A DNA stretch of 64,000 nucleotides from positions 102,364,001 to 102,428,000 of the forward strand of contig NC_086097.1 in the NCBI RefSeq assembly GCF_963921235.1, written 5' to 3'. Each line of letters starts with the position of its first letter. Positions within the stretch are counted from its first letter, which is position 1. Positions 23,795 through 37,565 of this stretch are shown here, piece after piece. Both the position numbers and the translations under genes were made by a program. The notes beneath the pieces are model-generated. The model made no database searches, had not been told where the DNA came from, and saw nothing but the letters and a program-made list of their open reading frames with translations. Source of the stretch: Mobula hypostoma. Its lineage: Eukaryota.

Positions 23795-26041
23795 GTTAAC
23801 CTTGGAAATGTGCAGCTCTTTAAATGTAGACAGAGGAAATACTAAATAATCATAAACACCAAGAACAACTAAAAGGCATTGTTGGACTGGCAGTCCATTT
23901 GGTTAGGAATGATAGATTAACTGTACTTGATGCAAGTTAGTATGGGCAGCAGAACTTCATGTGAACTTATCTTTTTGGATGAAGAAGAGTAGGGCTTGTT
24001 TGAATAAAGTTTAGTCCAACTCCAAAGTTGGAAGGATTTGTCAGATCATGGCCACTCTGTACCTCAACTTCACCTTTCTTCATATGCTCTCTCAATAGCC
24101 TTAGCTGACCAATATCTATTGATAAAAAAAGGTGGAAACTAAGTAGATAGAGGGGAGAGAAAAAGAAAGTTGTTATTTCAGAATGAACAAAATTTTTATC
24201 AGAACTGGGGAATATTTTGAAAAATGAAATGTGTTAAGGTGCAGGTCTGGGTGGAGAGATTGGGGCAGAGAGATTAGAGTCCACTTACTGATCTAACCTA
24301 TTCTCTTCATCTCCATTACCAACATTGAGCTTTCCAGTACCTGCTATTTTTATTTCCAGTATTTTAGATTTTAAACACCTCTTGTTCGGTGTCGTACCTT
24401 CAATTCTGCATGAGGATTGGTAATCTTTGAGGGAGAGGGTAACAGCTTCTTTTGTACGAAGCCACTCTTCCTTATTTCGTATCAGTTAGATCTAGATTTA
24501 CAATTCTGTCCTTTTCCTAGATTCTTACAACCAAAGAAATACTTTTCTTATATCCCTTTATCATTTTAAAGATAATAATTCGGGAGTACAGTCTATATAT
24601 ATTGGTCACATGTGCAGTGACTGAGTGTTAGCTGAAAAGATGTTGGAAGTGATGCCCCTTGGGACTGAACATCCTGCTGACACCTGATAATGGGGCAGGG
24701 TCCACTGTTCAGCATAGTGTAACAGGGTGTAAAACAATGACCATTAACTCATTTAAAGATCATGTGACCTGATATTTGCTTTCTTGCTCTTTTCAACAGC
24801 AAACTTATACGTTCACCAACTTTCTGCAAACAGTCTTGCTACAAGCAACTACTTTACAGAACAACTCTGCCAAGTCAGCTGAGTCTCTGGTTGTCTGCAG
24901 TGTTCCCTGCCCTGCTGCACACCTCTAAGGTATAGGCCAGGCACTTTAAAACACCATCAATGTACCACCCTCTGTCTTCACAAAACCTCTCAAACATACT
25001 GGAAGAATGCACTAACCCAACATCAGCTTTGTCTCCCAGGCCAGCCTCCAAAGAATGGAGATGAATTACACAGCCACCTCTGATGGTTGGGCCATGTTAT
25101 TCACACACCCAACACCAGATTCTCCAAACAGATGCTATTCCCAGCTCTGTGACATCAAAAGACGGCCACAGAAACAGTAAAAATGATTAAGGGTGTTTTC
25201 AAAATTTCCTTGAATAAGTGCAACATACTCACCAATTGTGGAAACCTCTGGTTCATGACCACTCAAAATGAAGGAGCATTCAGAATGGCAAATGTCTTTG
25301 TCAGAAGCAGCTAAAAACCCAGTACAATTCATGGATGAGCATCCAACCCACCAAATGAACTACCCACACTCTATCAAGCAGTGTGTCTCAGTCACACATT
25401 GACCTCACCAGCCTCCTCAAAGTCAAAGCAGAAATAAGTCATCCTCGATTATGAGTTCTTATGCTTTTGTTCTACTACATTGTTGCAACAGAGATGAATG
25501 GATGTTCAAGAAATGGCAATTCATTGTTTACTTTAGCAGATTACAACCTGCCAGACTCAATGAGTTTGACAATTTCACATCACATCCATGATCTCCATTT
25601 GCAATCACTCTGCTACCTCCATTTATACTTCCTTTAATCCCACTTCTTGCTTTTGGCCATTTATAGCCCGTCCTTTCCCTTGTGTTGCTTAATGCTGTAT
25701 CCAGTCCTCTCCCAGAACTCAACTTGTTTTTTATTTTTCACTCACTTTTCCTACTTCTAAAAATCCTTGTACTTTCTTTATAAATGCAACACTACTGTAT
25801 ATTCTGCACTGTATTCTTTCATATGTATGGAATGACCAGTCTGAATGGCATGTAAACAAAATCTTTTCATTGTATTTCAGTACACGGGACAAAAATAAAC
25901 CAATACTCACTTTCCACTTCTAATGAAATATTATCTCTACAAATGCTGCCTGACCCACTGAGCATCAGTGTTCTCTCCCATTTCAGAGTTCTTTCTGCTG
26001 TATTTTGCTTTTGGATAGAAGAAAACTATGTATTTTGTTAC

Positions 26042-26201
26042 CTGTGCTTGGACTTCAATGAAATGCATTCCTTTACTGTAATCCTTGGCCTTCCAGGGCA
26101 ATGTATGAAGTGGACCTTCGATATGGACTGCATTGCCTATTAAGACACCATCAATTTTGATGAGAACTGAAGTGACTTGAGCTGGGGAGAAGGCTAGGAC
26201 C
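26042..26201 (-). CDS. TMEM62: TMEM62 coding exon (equivalent to exon 9)
   Basis: Manual translation VLAFSPAQVTSVLIKIDGVLIGNAVHIEGPLHTLPWKAKDYSKGMHFIEVQAQ (not in the ORF track). Acceptor tttcctcatcag, donor GTAACA; 160 nt, phase 2-0. Confidence 0.93.
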
Positions 26202-26654
26202 CTGATGAGGAAATGTAAACCATGTTACCAACAATAATTAGACCACAAAGCTGTATTCAATCTCACAGTTGTTATTGACACATTTACTATCAGCCACCAG
26301 ATCTCCAAATAATCCAACTTCACATGTAGTATAGGAAATTTAATTTAAACACAAGGAGTATAACGCAGCCCGGATTAGTACATGGAAGTATGGTGCCGTA
26401 GCCATTACAGAAACTTGGTTGAGAAAAGGGTGAGACTGGTTGGTAGCTTAAGGTTTAGGGTGCAGATACTTCAGACACGACAAAGGGGAATGTAACAGGT
26501 GGGGGAACCGCATTACTGATTAGGGAAAATGTTACGGCTGCAATGAGGTATCTTGAATGGTTCATCCAGCGAGGACATACAAGTAGAGCTCAGAGAAACA
26601 GATAAGCAGGCAGGCCATGCAAAGACACAAGAAACAACAGGTTTACTGCAGTGA

Positions 26655-26815
26655 GACGAGAAAATCTGCAGATGCTAGACATCCAAGCAACACACACAAA
26701 ATGCTGAAGGAACTCAGCAGGCCAGGCAGCATCTACAGAAAAGAGTAGAAGTTGATGTTTTGGGCTGACACCCTTCATCAGGTGCTGCCTGGCTTGCTGA
26801 GTTCTTCTAGCATCT
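26655..26815 (-). mobile_element. Penelope-type terminal-repeat fragment with short fold-back
   Basis: atctgcagatgctagacatccaagcaacacac...cccttcatcagg followed by inverted tgctgcctggcttgctgagttcttctagcat. Confidence 0.65.
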
Positions 26816-26819
26816 TATA

Positions 26820-28220
26820 TTGTGATATTAACATCCCCAATATTGACTGGCACTTCCTAATTCCTGGGCATGGAAGGGGCAAATTTGTACCGTGTATTAG
26901 GAGGGATTCTTGAAACAATGTGTAGATAGTACAATAGAGATGGGGCCCATACTAAACATTATATTGGGGAATGAGTCAGGCCAGTTTATTGAAGTTTCTG
27001 TTAGGGAGCAATGACTAGTATTTTATGATAGTTACAGGGAGGACAAGCAGGTTACAGGTAAAAATGCTAAATTGGAGAATGACTAATTACTAAAACATTA
27101 GGCAGGAACTGAAAACTTTATTTAACGGTAAATCTGATTCTAATGTGGGAGTCTTTAACAGAAGTTGTAGAGTGAGGACCAGCATATTCCTGTGTAGATG
27201 AAAGGTAAGGATGACAAGGTTCAGGAACCTTGGATGACAAGTGATATTGTAAGTTTAGTCAAAAAGCAAACGGAAATACTGTATATGTAAGATTTAGGAA
27301 ACTGAAATCAAACAAGAGCCATTAGGAGTATAAAGGAAGTAGGAAAGAACTTATTCAAGAGATTAGGAGGTCAAAGGTCCATGAAATGTCCTTAACATGA
27401 GGGATTAAAAGAATCCCAAAGCATTTTATTTGTATATCAGGAGCAAAAGGTAAGTGACGGAAGGCATAGGTCCAGTCAGGGACAAAAGTTGAAATTTGTG
27501 CCTAGAGAAACAGGAAGAGGGTGAGCTCCTTCATGAGTACTTTACACTGCTATTCATTAAGGTGAAGGACATGGGTGATGGAAAGGTCAAGGAGATGTAT
27601 GCTGATACTCTAGAGCACATCAATATTCAGGAAATAGGATGGAAAAGCAGATAAAAACCATGCTTACCTTCATTGGTCAGAATATTGGGTATGAAAGTGG
27701 GCAAGTTAAGTATAAAACTTTGGTCAGGCCACATTTGAACCATTCTGTGGAGTTCTGGTTGCCACATTACAGGAACGATGTGGACATTATGCAGAAGAGG
27801 TTCACCAGGATGTTGCTAGAATGAAAGAGTATCAGCTACAAGAGGAGGTCTGACAAGTTTGTATTGTTTTCTCTGGCAGGCTAAGGGGCAACCTGGTAGA
27901 AGCTTACAAAATTATAAAGAAGTTGGAATGTCAGATGGAAATTTCAAATACTAGCGGGAATAGATTTAAGTTGAAAGGGGGAAACTTTAAAGGAGCTTTG
28001 CAAGGCATTTTTTTGTTATACAAGGGGAGTGGTTAGTGCCTGAAACATGCTGCAGGAAGTGGTGGAAGCTGATAATGTACAATGGCATGTTTTAAAAAGC
28101 AGGCAAGGTACAGAGGCATACAAACCACGTACAGGCAGATGGATTACTTTAAACTGACATGATTGGCTCACACATGCTGGGATGAAGGGCCTGTTCCTGT
28201 GCTATACTGTTGTATGCTCT
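26820..28220 (+). mobile_element. Old, internally deleted CR1 LINE
   Basis: ORF 27639-27824 (KTLVRPHL...FWLPHYR) and a decayed 3' UTR ...gaagggcctgttcctgtgctatactg. Confidence 0.7.
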
Positions 28221-28673
28221 AACAGCAGGGCTTTGAGGATCAGTGAAGAGAGAACCTAACACTGGTGCCAGTAATGAGGAACTCAGTTAAACTGAGACTC
28301 AATCTTCATTTACAGTTTTCCACTGCATACAAAAGTTCACAATGATACAAGATGCCATTCAAAAGACATGGAGCTTTGATGGTCAAAGAGGAAAGCTAGT
28401 CCCATGGCAGGTGAGGTAGTAATCAAACAACACAGATTATAAGTGACAAGCAAATCAGAGGAGATGAGGGAAGTTATTTTATACAGCCATTCAATCAACT
28501 GCGTGGCCCTGAAGTAATCTTCTAGATTAAGTCCAATGATAATTAGTGACTAAGAGTTGCAGCAGAAGTTACTGTGGTATTCTGCTCTATTTCCAAAGTA
28601 TATCTTCCTGTGGTAACCTGCATGACTGTAGAGGTGACAAAGGCTTATTATACCCAGTCGGTCATTTTGTATA

Positions 28674-29399
28674 CAGTGGATTTCAGTTAATTGGGCCATC
28701 ATTTAATCAAGGCAGCTGCCCATCTGGGACAACTCTTACAGAACAAAAACTAATTCAAAGAAATAGCCAGGATGCCCTTCATTATTTGGGACTATGCCCC
28801 TTAATTGGGTCAGGAGGCTGTTGCCGAACAGTGTTCAAATAGTATCATTTGTGCTCAAAAAGCAGTGATTTTTGTCACTGATAGTTGGTGAGAAATAAGC
28901 AATAAGACAATTCAAAACTGTTTTGCTCACTGCAGTTTCAAGCATTGGCTATGAATGAAAATGGAACGCCTTCACTACTCACACTAAGAAGCATTTGAAT
29001 AGATCAATAATCATCTTGAATGTTACAATAAAAATGAAGATTTGGAGAAGGCAATCAGCAACAGCATTGTATGAAGGCAGTCCATTACCTACACTGTGTG
29101 TCTATGCTGACTTTCTTCATATACAGTCAATGAAAAGAACACTGCAGTATAGACTGGATGAATTCCTCCATTGGTATCTATTAGGAACTAATACGTATAA
29201 GACTACTATAGTATTATTAGTAGTGTTTTAATTTGGTCTGTATTTCATTTAAATACACAATTTGTTATTCAGTTAAACAGTAGTTTGTCTCTTTTATACT
29301 TTTTAACAATTATCATGAAATTTCAGCTAATTGGGGCAGCTGCTTAATTGGGTCAAAACATACTGCTCCTGATATGTCCCAAATAACTGGAATTCATTG
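28674..29399 (+). mobile_element. Tigger/pogo-type non-autonomous DNA transposon
   Basis: Imperfect TIRs CAGTGGATTTCAGTTAATTGGG and CCCAAATAACTGGAATTCATTG; TA TSD at 28672-28673 and 29400-29401; transposase remnant ISNKTIQNCFAHCSF. Confidence 0.8.
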
Positions 29400-29503
29400 T
29401 ATATTCACATAAGCCCTCAATGAGATTGTGGCTTTCATATAAACATCAATTACTCCTCATTACACAAAGAACAGAAGAACAGAATTAATCCATGCAAGGG
29501 ATC

Positions 29504-32500
29504 TCAGAATCAGGTTTACTATCACTGGCATTTGTCCTGAAACATAGAAACAAAGAAAATAAGTGCAGGAGAAGGCCATTCGGCCCTTCGAACCTGCACC
29601 ACCATTCAGTATGATCATGGCTGATCATCCAACTCAGAACCCTGTACCTGCCTTCTCTCCATACCCCCTGATCCCTTTAGCCACAAGGGCCATATCTAAC
29701 TCCCTCTTAAATATAGCCAATGAACTGGCCTCAACTGTTTCCTATGGCAGAGAATTCCACAGATTCACCACTCTCTGTGTGAAGAAGTTTTTCCTCATCT
29801 CGGTCATAAAAGGCTTCCCCTTTATCCTCAAACTGTGACCCCTCGTTCTGGACCTCCCCAAAAATTGGGAACAATCTTCCTGCATCGAGCCTGTCCGATC
29901 CCTTTAGAATTTTATACGTTTCAATAAGATCCCCCCTCAATCTTCTAAATTCCAGAGAGTTTAAGCCTAGTCAATCCAGTCTTTCATCATATGAAAGTCC
30001 TGCCATCCCAGGAATCAATCTGATGAACCTTCTTCGAACTCCCTCTATGGCAAGAATGTCTTTCCTCAGATTAGGGGACCAAAACTGCACACAATACTCC
30101 AGGTGTGGTCTCACCAAGGCCTTGTACAACTGCAGTAGTACCTCCCTGTTCCTGTACTTGATTCCTCTTGCTATGATCGCCTTTTTCACCGCCTGCTGTA
30201 CCTGCATGCCCACTTTCAATGACTGGTCTTGTTGCACCTCCCCTTTTCCTAATCGGCCACCATTGAGATAATAAGATTTTCCTGTTTTTGCCACCAAAGT
30301 GGATAACCTCACATTTATCCACATTAAATTGCATCTGCCATGAATTTACCCACTCATCTAACCTATCCAAGTCACCCTGCATCCTCTTAGCATCCTCCTC
30401 ACAGCTAACACTGCCGCCCAGCTTCATGTCATCCGCAAATTTGGAGATGCTGCATTTAATTCCCTCGTCTAAGTCATTAATATATATTGTAAACAACTGG
30501 GGTCCCAGCACTAAGCCTTGCGGTACCCCACTAGTCACTGCCTGCCATTCTGAAAAGGTCCTGTTTATTCCCACTCTTTGCTTCCTGTCTGCCAACCAAT
30601 TCTCTATCCACATCAATACCATACCCCCAATACCATGTGCTTTAAGTTTGTACACTAATCTCCTGTGTGGGACCTTGTCAAAAGCCTTTTGAAAATCCAA
30701 ATATACCACATCCACTGGCTCTCCCCTATCTGCTCTACTAGTTACACCCTCAAAAAATTCTATGAGATTCGTCAGACATTATTTTCCTTTCACAAATCCA
30801 CGCTGACTTTGTCCGATGATTTCACCGCCTTCCAAATGTGCTGTTATCACATCTTTGATAACTGACTCTAGTATTTTCCCCACCACTGATGTTAGGCTAA
30901 CCGGTCTATAATTCCCTGGTTTCTCTCTCCCTCCTTTTTTAAAAAGCGGAGTTACATTAGCCACCCTCCAATCCTCCAGAATCTAAAGAGTTTTGAAAAA
31001 TTAACACTAATGCATCCACTATTTCTTGGGCTACTTCCTTAAGCACTCTGGGATGCCGACCATCTGACCCTGGGGATTTATCTGTTTTTAATCCCTTCAA
31101 TTTACCTAACACCACTTCCCTACTAACATGTATTTCCCTCAGTTCCTCCATCTCACTAGACCCCCCGTCCCCTACTATTTCCAGAAGAATATGTATGTCC
31201 TCCTTAGTGAAGACAGAACCAAAGTAGTTATTCAATTGGTCTGCCATATCCTTGTTCCCCATGATCAATTCACCTGTTTCTGACTGTAAGGGACCTACAT
31301 TTGTCTTAACCAATCTTTTTCTTTTCACATATCTATAAAAGCTTTTACAGTCAGTTTTTATGTTCACTGCCAATTTTCTCTCATAATCTTTTTTCCCTTT
31401 CCTAATTAAGCCCTTTGTCCTCCTCTGCTGGACTCTGAATTTCTCCCAGTCCTCAGGTGAGCCGCTTTTTCTGGCTAATTTGTATGTTTTTTCTTTGGAA
31501 TTGATACTATCCCTAATTTCCCTTGTCAGCCACGGGTGCACTACCTTCCCTGGTTTACTCTTTTGCCAGACTGGGATGAACAACTGTTGTAGTTCATCCA
31601 TGCAATCTTTAAATGCTTGCCATTGCATATCCACCGTCAACCCTTTAAGTATCAATTGCCAGTCTATCTGAAATTTGGTGTTTTGCGGCAGCAGTACAAT
31701 GCAATACATAATAATTTAAAAACTATAAATTATAGTAAGAAATACAAAAACTAAATTAAATTAGTGCAAAAAGAGAGCAAAAAAAAAGACAAATATATAG
31801 TGAAGTAGTGTTCATGGGTTCATTGTCCATTCAGAAATCTGATGGCAGAGAGGAAAAAGCTCTTCTCGAGTTTGCGCCTTTCACTTCTGTACCTCCTCCC
31901 CGATGAGGGTCCTGAATGATGGATGCAACCTTTTTGAGGCATCACCATTTGAAGGTGGCCTTGATGCTGGGGAGGCAAGTACTCACAATGGAGCTGGCTG
32001 AGTTTACAACTTTCTGCAGCTTCTTCCAATCACGTGCAGTGGCCCTGCCAAACCAGATGATTATGCAACCAGTCAAATGCTCTCCATGGTACATCTGTAG
32101 AAATTTGGGAGAGTCTGTGGTGACATACAAAGTCTCCTCAAAATCCTAATGAAATACAGCTGCTGTCGTGCCCTCTTTGTAATCGCATCAATAGATCTTC
32201 ATAGATGTTGACACCCAGGAACTTAAAACTGCTCACTTGTTCCACTGCTGATTCCTTGCTGAGGACTGGTGTGTGTTTCCTTGACTTCCCCTTCCTGAAG
32301 TCCACAATCAATTCCTTGGTCTGACTGAAGTTGAGTGCAAGGTTGTTGCAACACCACTCAACCAGCTGATCTATCTCGCTCCTGTACGCCTCCTTGTCAC
32401 CATCCGAAATTCTGAATTCTGCCAATAATGGTTGTGTTATCAGCAAATTCAGAGACAGCATTTGAGCTGTGCTTAGCCACACAGTCATGGATGTAGAGGG

Positions 32501-34330
32501 TGTAAAGAGTGGGGTGAACACTCGAACAGCTTCTTCCCCTCCACCATCAGACATCTGAATGTACAATGAACCTCACTACATATTTTTTTCTTGAGGTGCG
32601 TCAGTGTTAATTGTCAGCAAGGAGATGTTATTTCTGATCTACACTGACTGTAGTATCCTCATGAGGAAGTTAAGCACCCAGCTGCAGAGGGAGGTATAGA
32701 GGCCCAGGTTTTGAAGCTTGTTGATTAGAACAAAGGGTATGATAGTGTTCAATGCTGAGCTGTAATCAACAAACAGCAGCCTGATGTAGGAATTGCTATT
32801 GTTCAGGTGATCCAAGACTGTATGGAGAGCCAGTGAGATTGCATCCACTGTACACCTATTGTGGTGACAGACAAATTGCAATGGGTCCAGATCCTTCCTT
32901 AGGGAGGAGTTGATTCTGGCAATGACCAACCTCTCAAAGCACTTCATCACAGTAGCTGTGAGTGCCACTGGGCAATAGGCATTGAGGCAGCTTACCCTGC
33001 TGTTTTTGGGCACTGGTATGATTATCATCCTTTTGAAGCAGGTGGGAACCTCTGATTGTAGTAGTGAGGGATTGAAGATGTCCTTGAACACTCCTGCCAG
33101 TTGGTTGGCACAGGTTTTTTGTGTCCTAGCAGGAAAACCTTCAGGGTCTGAACCCTTATGACGGTTCAACCTCTTGAAAGATGTTCTAACATTGGCTTCC
33201 CACAGAGTTGCCAGATGCTGCAGGGATTTGAATGGTGTAGTTTTATTCTCCCTTTTAAAACAAGCTTGAAAGGCAAACTCTGCCAGAGCTGACGTACATC
33301 TGATCCTGTCCCTACAATCAGAATTGCTGTTTTGCTCTTAAAATAGCCTTCTGAGGGTCATACCTGAACTTTGTGTATAGCTCTGGATCACCGGTTTTGA
33401 ATGCCATAGATCCAACTCTCAGCAGACTACAATCTTCTGGTTCATTTATGGCTTTTGTTTTGGGAATGTCCGGTATGTTCTCAGAAGTACACACTGATCT
33501 ATACAGGTCATGATGAAGTCATTCCGATCTAAAGATGAATCCCTGAATATTGTCTCGTCCATTGACGCAGAGCAGTTCTCCAAGTGCCTCTCTGCCTCCC
33601 TTGACTTTACTTTCTTGCTCCTCACCACTGGTCCTTAGTCTCTGCCTGTATGCTGGGAGTAGAAGTTAGCTGTTAGGACTTTCCAAAGTACAGAGAAGTG
33701 ATGGCACTATAAGCGTTTTTGATGGTGGTATAACAGTGGCCAAGTGTGTTGGCTCCTCTGGTTCCTCGGTGATGTGTTGCTCAGAGACTTCTTCAAGCTG
33801 ACTTGGCTGAAAACCCCGCAATGATAGGAAAGGCATCAGTTTCGTGTTTGCTGATTGCGATGCTCAGCTCCTCCAGGGCCTGCCTGACTTGGAAAGAGCA
33901 GGTGGAAAACTGCTCAGCAACTCCAGTGCCTGCCTGACTTTGGCCAAAGGTGGAAAGTACACCACTACTGGGTTGACAGTAGAAAATTCCTTCAGCGGAT
34001 AAAATGGATGACGCTTGACTGCTGGATGTACCAGGTCAGGTGAGCAAGATTGAGGCAGAACTGCCATGACTGTGCCCCATGATGAGCTATTCATGAAGCA
34101 TTTTCCACCTCCTCTGTTTTCAGCAGACTCAACAGGTGACCTGTCTTTTCAGTGGATGGTGAAGACCTCAGACTACAGCACTGCACCCAAATTGGATGGG
34201 AGTGAGCCATGTCTCCATGAAGCGAAGTACACAACCAGTCCCCAATGTTGTGCTGGTACTGCAATCTCACTCTGAGGTCTTCAATTTTATTTTCCAGAGA
34301 CTATACATTTGCCTGCAGGATGACTGGGGG
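29504..34330 (-). mobile_element. Rex1/Babar-clade LINE (degraded), interrupted by CR1
   Basis: ORF 32639-33169 PTCFKRMIIIPVPK...PVALTATVMKCFERLV...LDPLQF; ORF 32138-32566 TKELIVDFRK...FKFLGV; APE remnants up to ~34300; 3' end near 29504 rejoins across the CR1. Confidence 0.8.
29543..31667 (-). mobile_element. CR1 LINE, 5'-truncated, nested in the Rex1-like element
   Basis: 6-bp TSD CTGAAA (29537-29542 and 31668-31673); ORFs 30957-31709, 30779-30964, 30071-30715 ([16 protein letters not shown]), 29971-30324. Sister copy of 13709-14820. Confidence 0.93.
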
Positions 34331-34529
34331 TGGGGGTCTAAGTTCACTGTGTTTCAATCATACCTATACCCCAGCATGCTTTCCCCACTTTTTTTTTCTT
34401 AAAGGGGAAAGGCACTCTCATCTTAAGTCTGCTGCTTGGGTATCAGAGTTTGAGAAACAATTGTATTTTAAGTAGTCTTAAAACTACTAAGTAGTCCCCA
34501 TGGCTGTGACTGGATTTCTGCTGTAGTAT

Positions 34530-34762
34530 GGCCAGTTGGTGGCGCAATGGCATCAGCGCCGGACTCCGGAGCGAAGGCTCCCGAGTTCGAATCCAAGTCA
34601 GGCTTTCCATCCGTGCCCGGTTGAGCGTTGAGCTAGCCACTTAGCCTCGTAAAAAAAAAAGGGTTGAGTCAAGAACGTTCATATCATGACCCAGTTAATT
34701 CGAAAGGAGACCAATCCTGACACTACGCGCCAGACAAGTCTGGTGTGACGCGCTAAAAAAAA
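34530..34762 (+). mobile_element. Young tRNA-derived SINE with internal and terminal A-tracts
   Basis: A box TGGCGCAATGG, B box GTTCGAATCC; internal A10 (~34651-34660); terminal A8; TSD GCTGTAG(T/A)AT at 34520-34529 and 34763-34772. Confidence 0.8.
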
Positions 34763-37565
34763 GCTGTAGAATTACTAAGGGGGAATATTTGATGATTCCC
34801 ATCGAGCTGCATGCAAAGAGTCATCATTTATCAGTGCCATCTTGGAAACCTTCAGCTGGTCCTTACAGTTAGAATTGAAGTGAAGTGTTCCAAGCTTCAG
34901 TATTGTCATTTAGGACCCAAACTGAACCTCATATTTTAAGTATTCACATGTAGTCACTGTCAAATAGACATCATAATCTTCCAAAATAATCCTTCAGTGA
35001 AGTTAGAATTATATTCACACCTTTTTTCAGAACAGTAACATGAAAAAGCCAAATTCTCAGAGCTCGTGAAGAGAATAGCCATAGGGTACAGGACTGTACT
35101 GATCTGTTGGTCAAATAGGAAAACAGGTTCATCCTGAAAACAACACGAACATGCACCTTGGGAGAACTAACAATGGTAGGACAAAGAGAGTAAGTGAGGG
35201 AGTACTGAGGAACACAGGGACCTTGGAGTATAAATTAAGAATTTCTGAAGGTGGCAGAACAGCAAGGTAAATGAAGACAGCATAAGGGATCCTAGACTTC
35301 ATTAGCCAGGGTATAAAATACAAAAGCAAAGAGATTATTAATGAGGCAACAGCTAGGGTACCTTATGGAATTCTGGTCACACTATAAGGAAGTACTTGTT
35401 GCACTGGAGGGAGTGCACAGAAGCTTCACCAGGATGTGGCTGGAATGGAATATTTATGAGGTGGGTTTGTTTTCCTTTGAGTGGAAAAGGCTGAGAGAAG
35501 ACCTGAATCCTTCCTTAGCACCCTGTAGCATCATCTCTTTTGTTAAAGACTTCTGTATTGCATCCGATCACTGAACTATCCTTTGATTCTTCCTTTCTTT
35601 TATCTCTGTATTTACTAGAAACCTGTTCCATTGTCAACATTATTCAGTCCTGAGTATCACCTGTCCAAAACGTTAATTCAGATTCCCTCAGCAGGTACTG
35701 CCTGATCCAGTGGAACAGCATAGTCATGATGGAAATATTCAGAAAATTGCCTACAAATCTCAATACACTGAGTCTGTTCTAATGCTGTCTGAAATCACAG
35801 GTGTGCCAGTGTGATTCTTCACTTACTCTTTAAGTAACTGTTCTGGTATCAGCCATTGCCTCTCAACCAGGGTTCAAGTACCATGCTAACGTCATGAGCC
35901 ACAGCCAAAGCTGCCTTTGCAGTGTTGTGCTTGTGGAGCACCAACATTGAAAAACAGGATATGCCTGGAACAGAATCAGCAGGATATTGCCTGGCGGAGA
36001 GACTGGACAGACTGGGTTTGTAATATTTAGGTCCGATGTGATACCGGCAGCACCTGATGGGGTATACAACACGGAGGGGTATAGAAATAGCAGATAGAAG
36101 AAAATGTTTTACCCTTGGCAGTAGTATATAAAACTTGACGGTCCTTGGTTTAAGGAGATTTTGAGGAGGATTTATTGAAGATTTCTTTTGATCAGAGTGT
36201 GGTTGATATCTGGTACACACTGCTGGCAGGTAATTTCACAACATTTAAGCAGTATTTAGATGAGACTTAATTTGCCAAGGACTACAGTGCGACTCATCAA
36301 CCTGATGAGTGGCTGAGGAGTGGCAAACGGTGTTTAATTCAGGTACTTGTGAAGCATATTTTTAGAAGACAAATCAAGTTAGGACTTTCACAATGAATGG
36401 CAAGGCCCTGAGGAATGTTGTAAAACAGAGGCCTAGGAGTACAACAACACTCTCTTTCAAATTTACTTTCACCATGGCTATGTAAAATGTTTAAGGATGC
36501 CTTACTTGTAGGTAAATTACCACAATCCTTTTATGAAGCATCTATTTCTTTAATTCCTAAAAACGATAAAGACCTTACTGATTGTGCATCATATAGACCT
36601 ATCTTTGTTGAATGTACCGGAATGTGTTATTTCGCTCAACGCCGAGAAGGCGTTTGACAGAGTTGAATGGAAATATTTACTTAATGTGCTTGAAAGATTC
36701 AACTTTAGCCCAAAATTTATTTCTTGGATTGAATTGATATATCATTCAACTTTGGCTTCCGTAGTTACCAGTAATCAGAGACCCCCCTTTTTTAGGCTTT
36801 TCAGAGGGTTGTTCGTTAAGTCCTTTGTTATTTGATATAGCTTTGGAACCCTTGGCAATTGCCTTTCATGATTCACCTAATATATTTGGAATTACTAATG
36901 GGAAGGAGATGCATAAGGTATCATTGTATGGTATGCAGACTTGTTACTATATATCTCTAACCCAGAGAAATCCATCCTGGCAGTTTATCACTACTAGCTC
37001 AGTTTAGTAGTTTTTCTGGTTATAAACTAAATCTTATTAAGAGTGAGCTTTTTCCATTACGTATGCAAGTTTCAATTTATAGACAATTACCATTTGAATT
37101 AATTACTGATTACTTCACTTATTTGGGTGTCAAAATTAGTAAAAAAAATATAAAGATCTATTTAAAGTTAACTTGCTACCCTTAATTGACCATGTTAAAC
37201 AATTGTTTACTAAATGGTCCCCACTGTCCTTATCATTGATTGGTCAAATTAATGTTATTAAAATGACTGTTTTACCTAAATTTCTGTATTTATTTCAAAT
37301 GGTACCAATTTTTATCTCTAAATCCTTTTTTAATATTATTGATTCTAAAATTTCTTCATATATATGGCAGAATAAATATCATAGATTGAGTAAGAAATAT
37401 CTACAGAAATCAAAAAAGGATGGTGGTTTAGCATTGCTGAATTTTAGATTTTATTATTGAGCAATTACTATCTGATATTTAATGTTTTGGATGCAAGATT
37501 GGGATGAAATTCATTGTCCACGATGGGTGAACCTGGAGGGTGAGTCTGTGCAAGGGTTCTCATTA

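Noticed and set aside
24661..24780. Cluster of TF-like motifs (CACCTGATAA, AACAATG, CATGTGAC) in unique intronic DNA
   Set aside because: Short motifs are expected by chance; cross-species conservation or chromatin data would be needed.
34530..34605. tRNA gene
   Set aside because: It has A/B boxes but no convincing acceptor stem, and continues into a SINE body with A tail and TSD.
35021..35133. Minus-strand segment with acceptor ttttcag and donor GTGTGA (113 nt) as an extra TMEM62 exon
   Set aside because: No TMEM62 similarity; the flanking exons already join in frame; it would frameshift; no transcript evidence.
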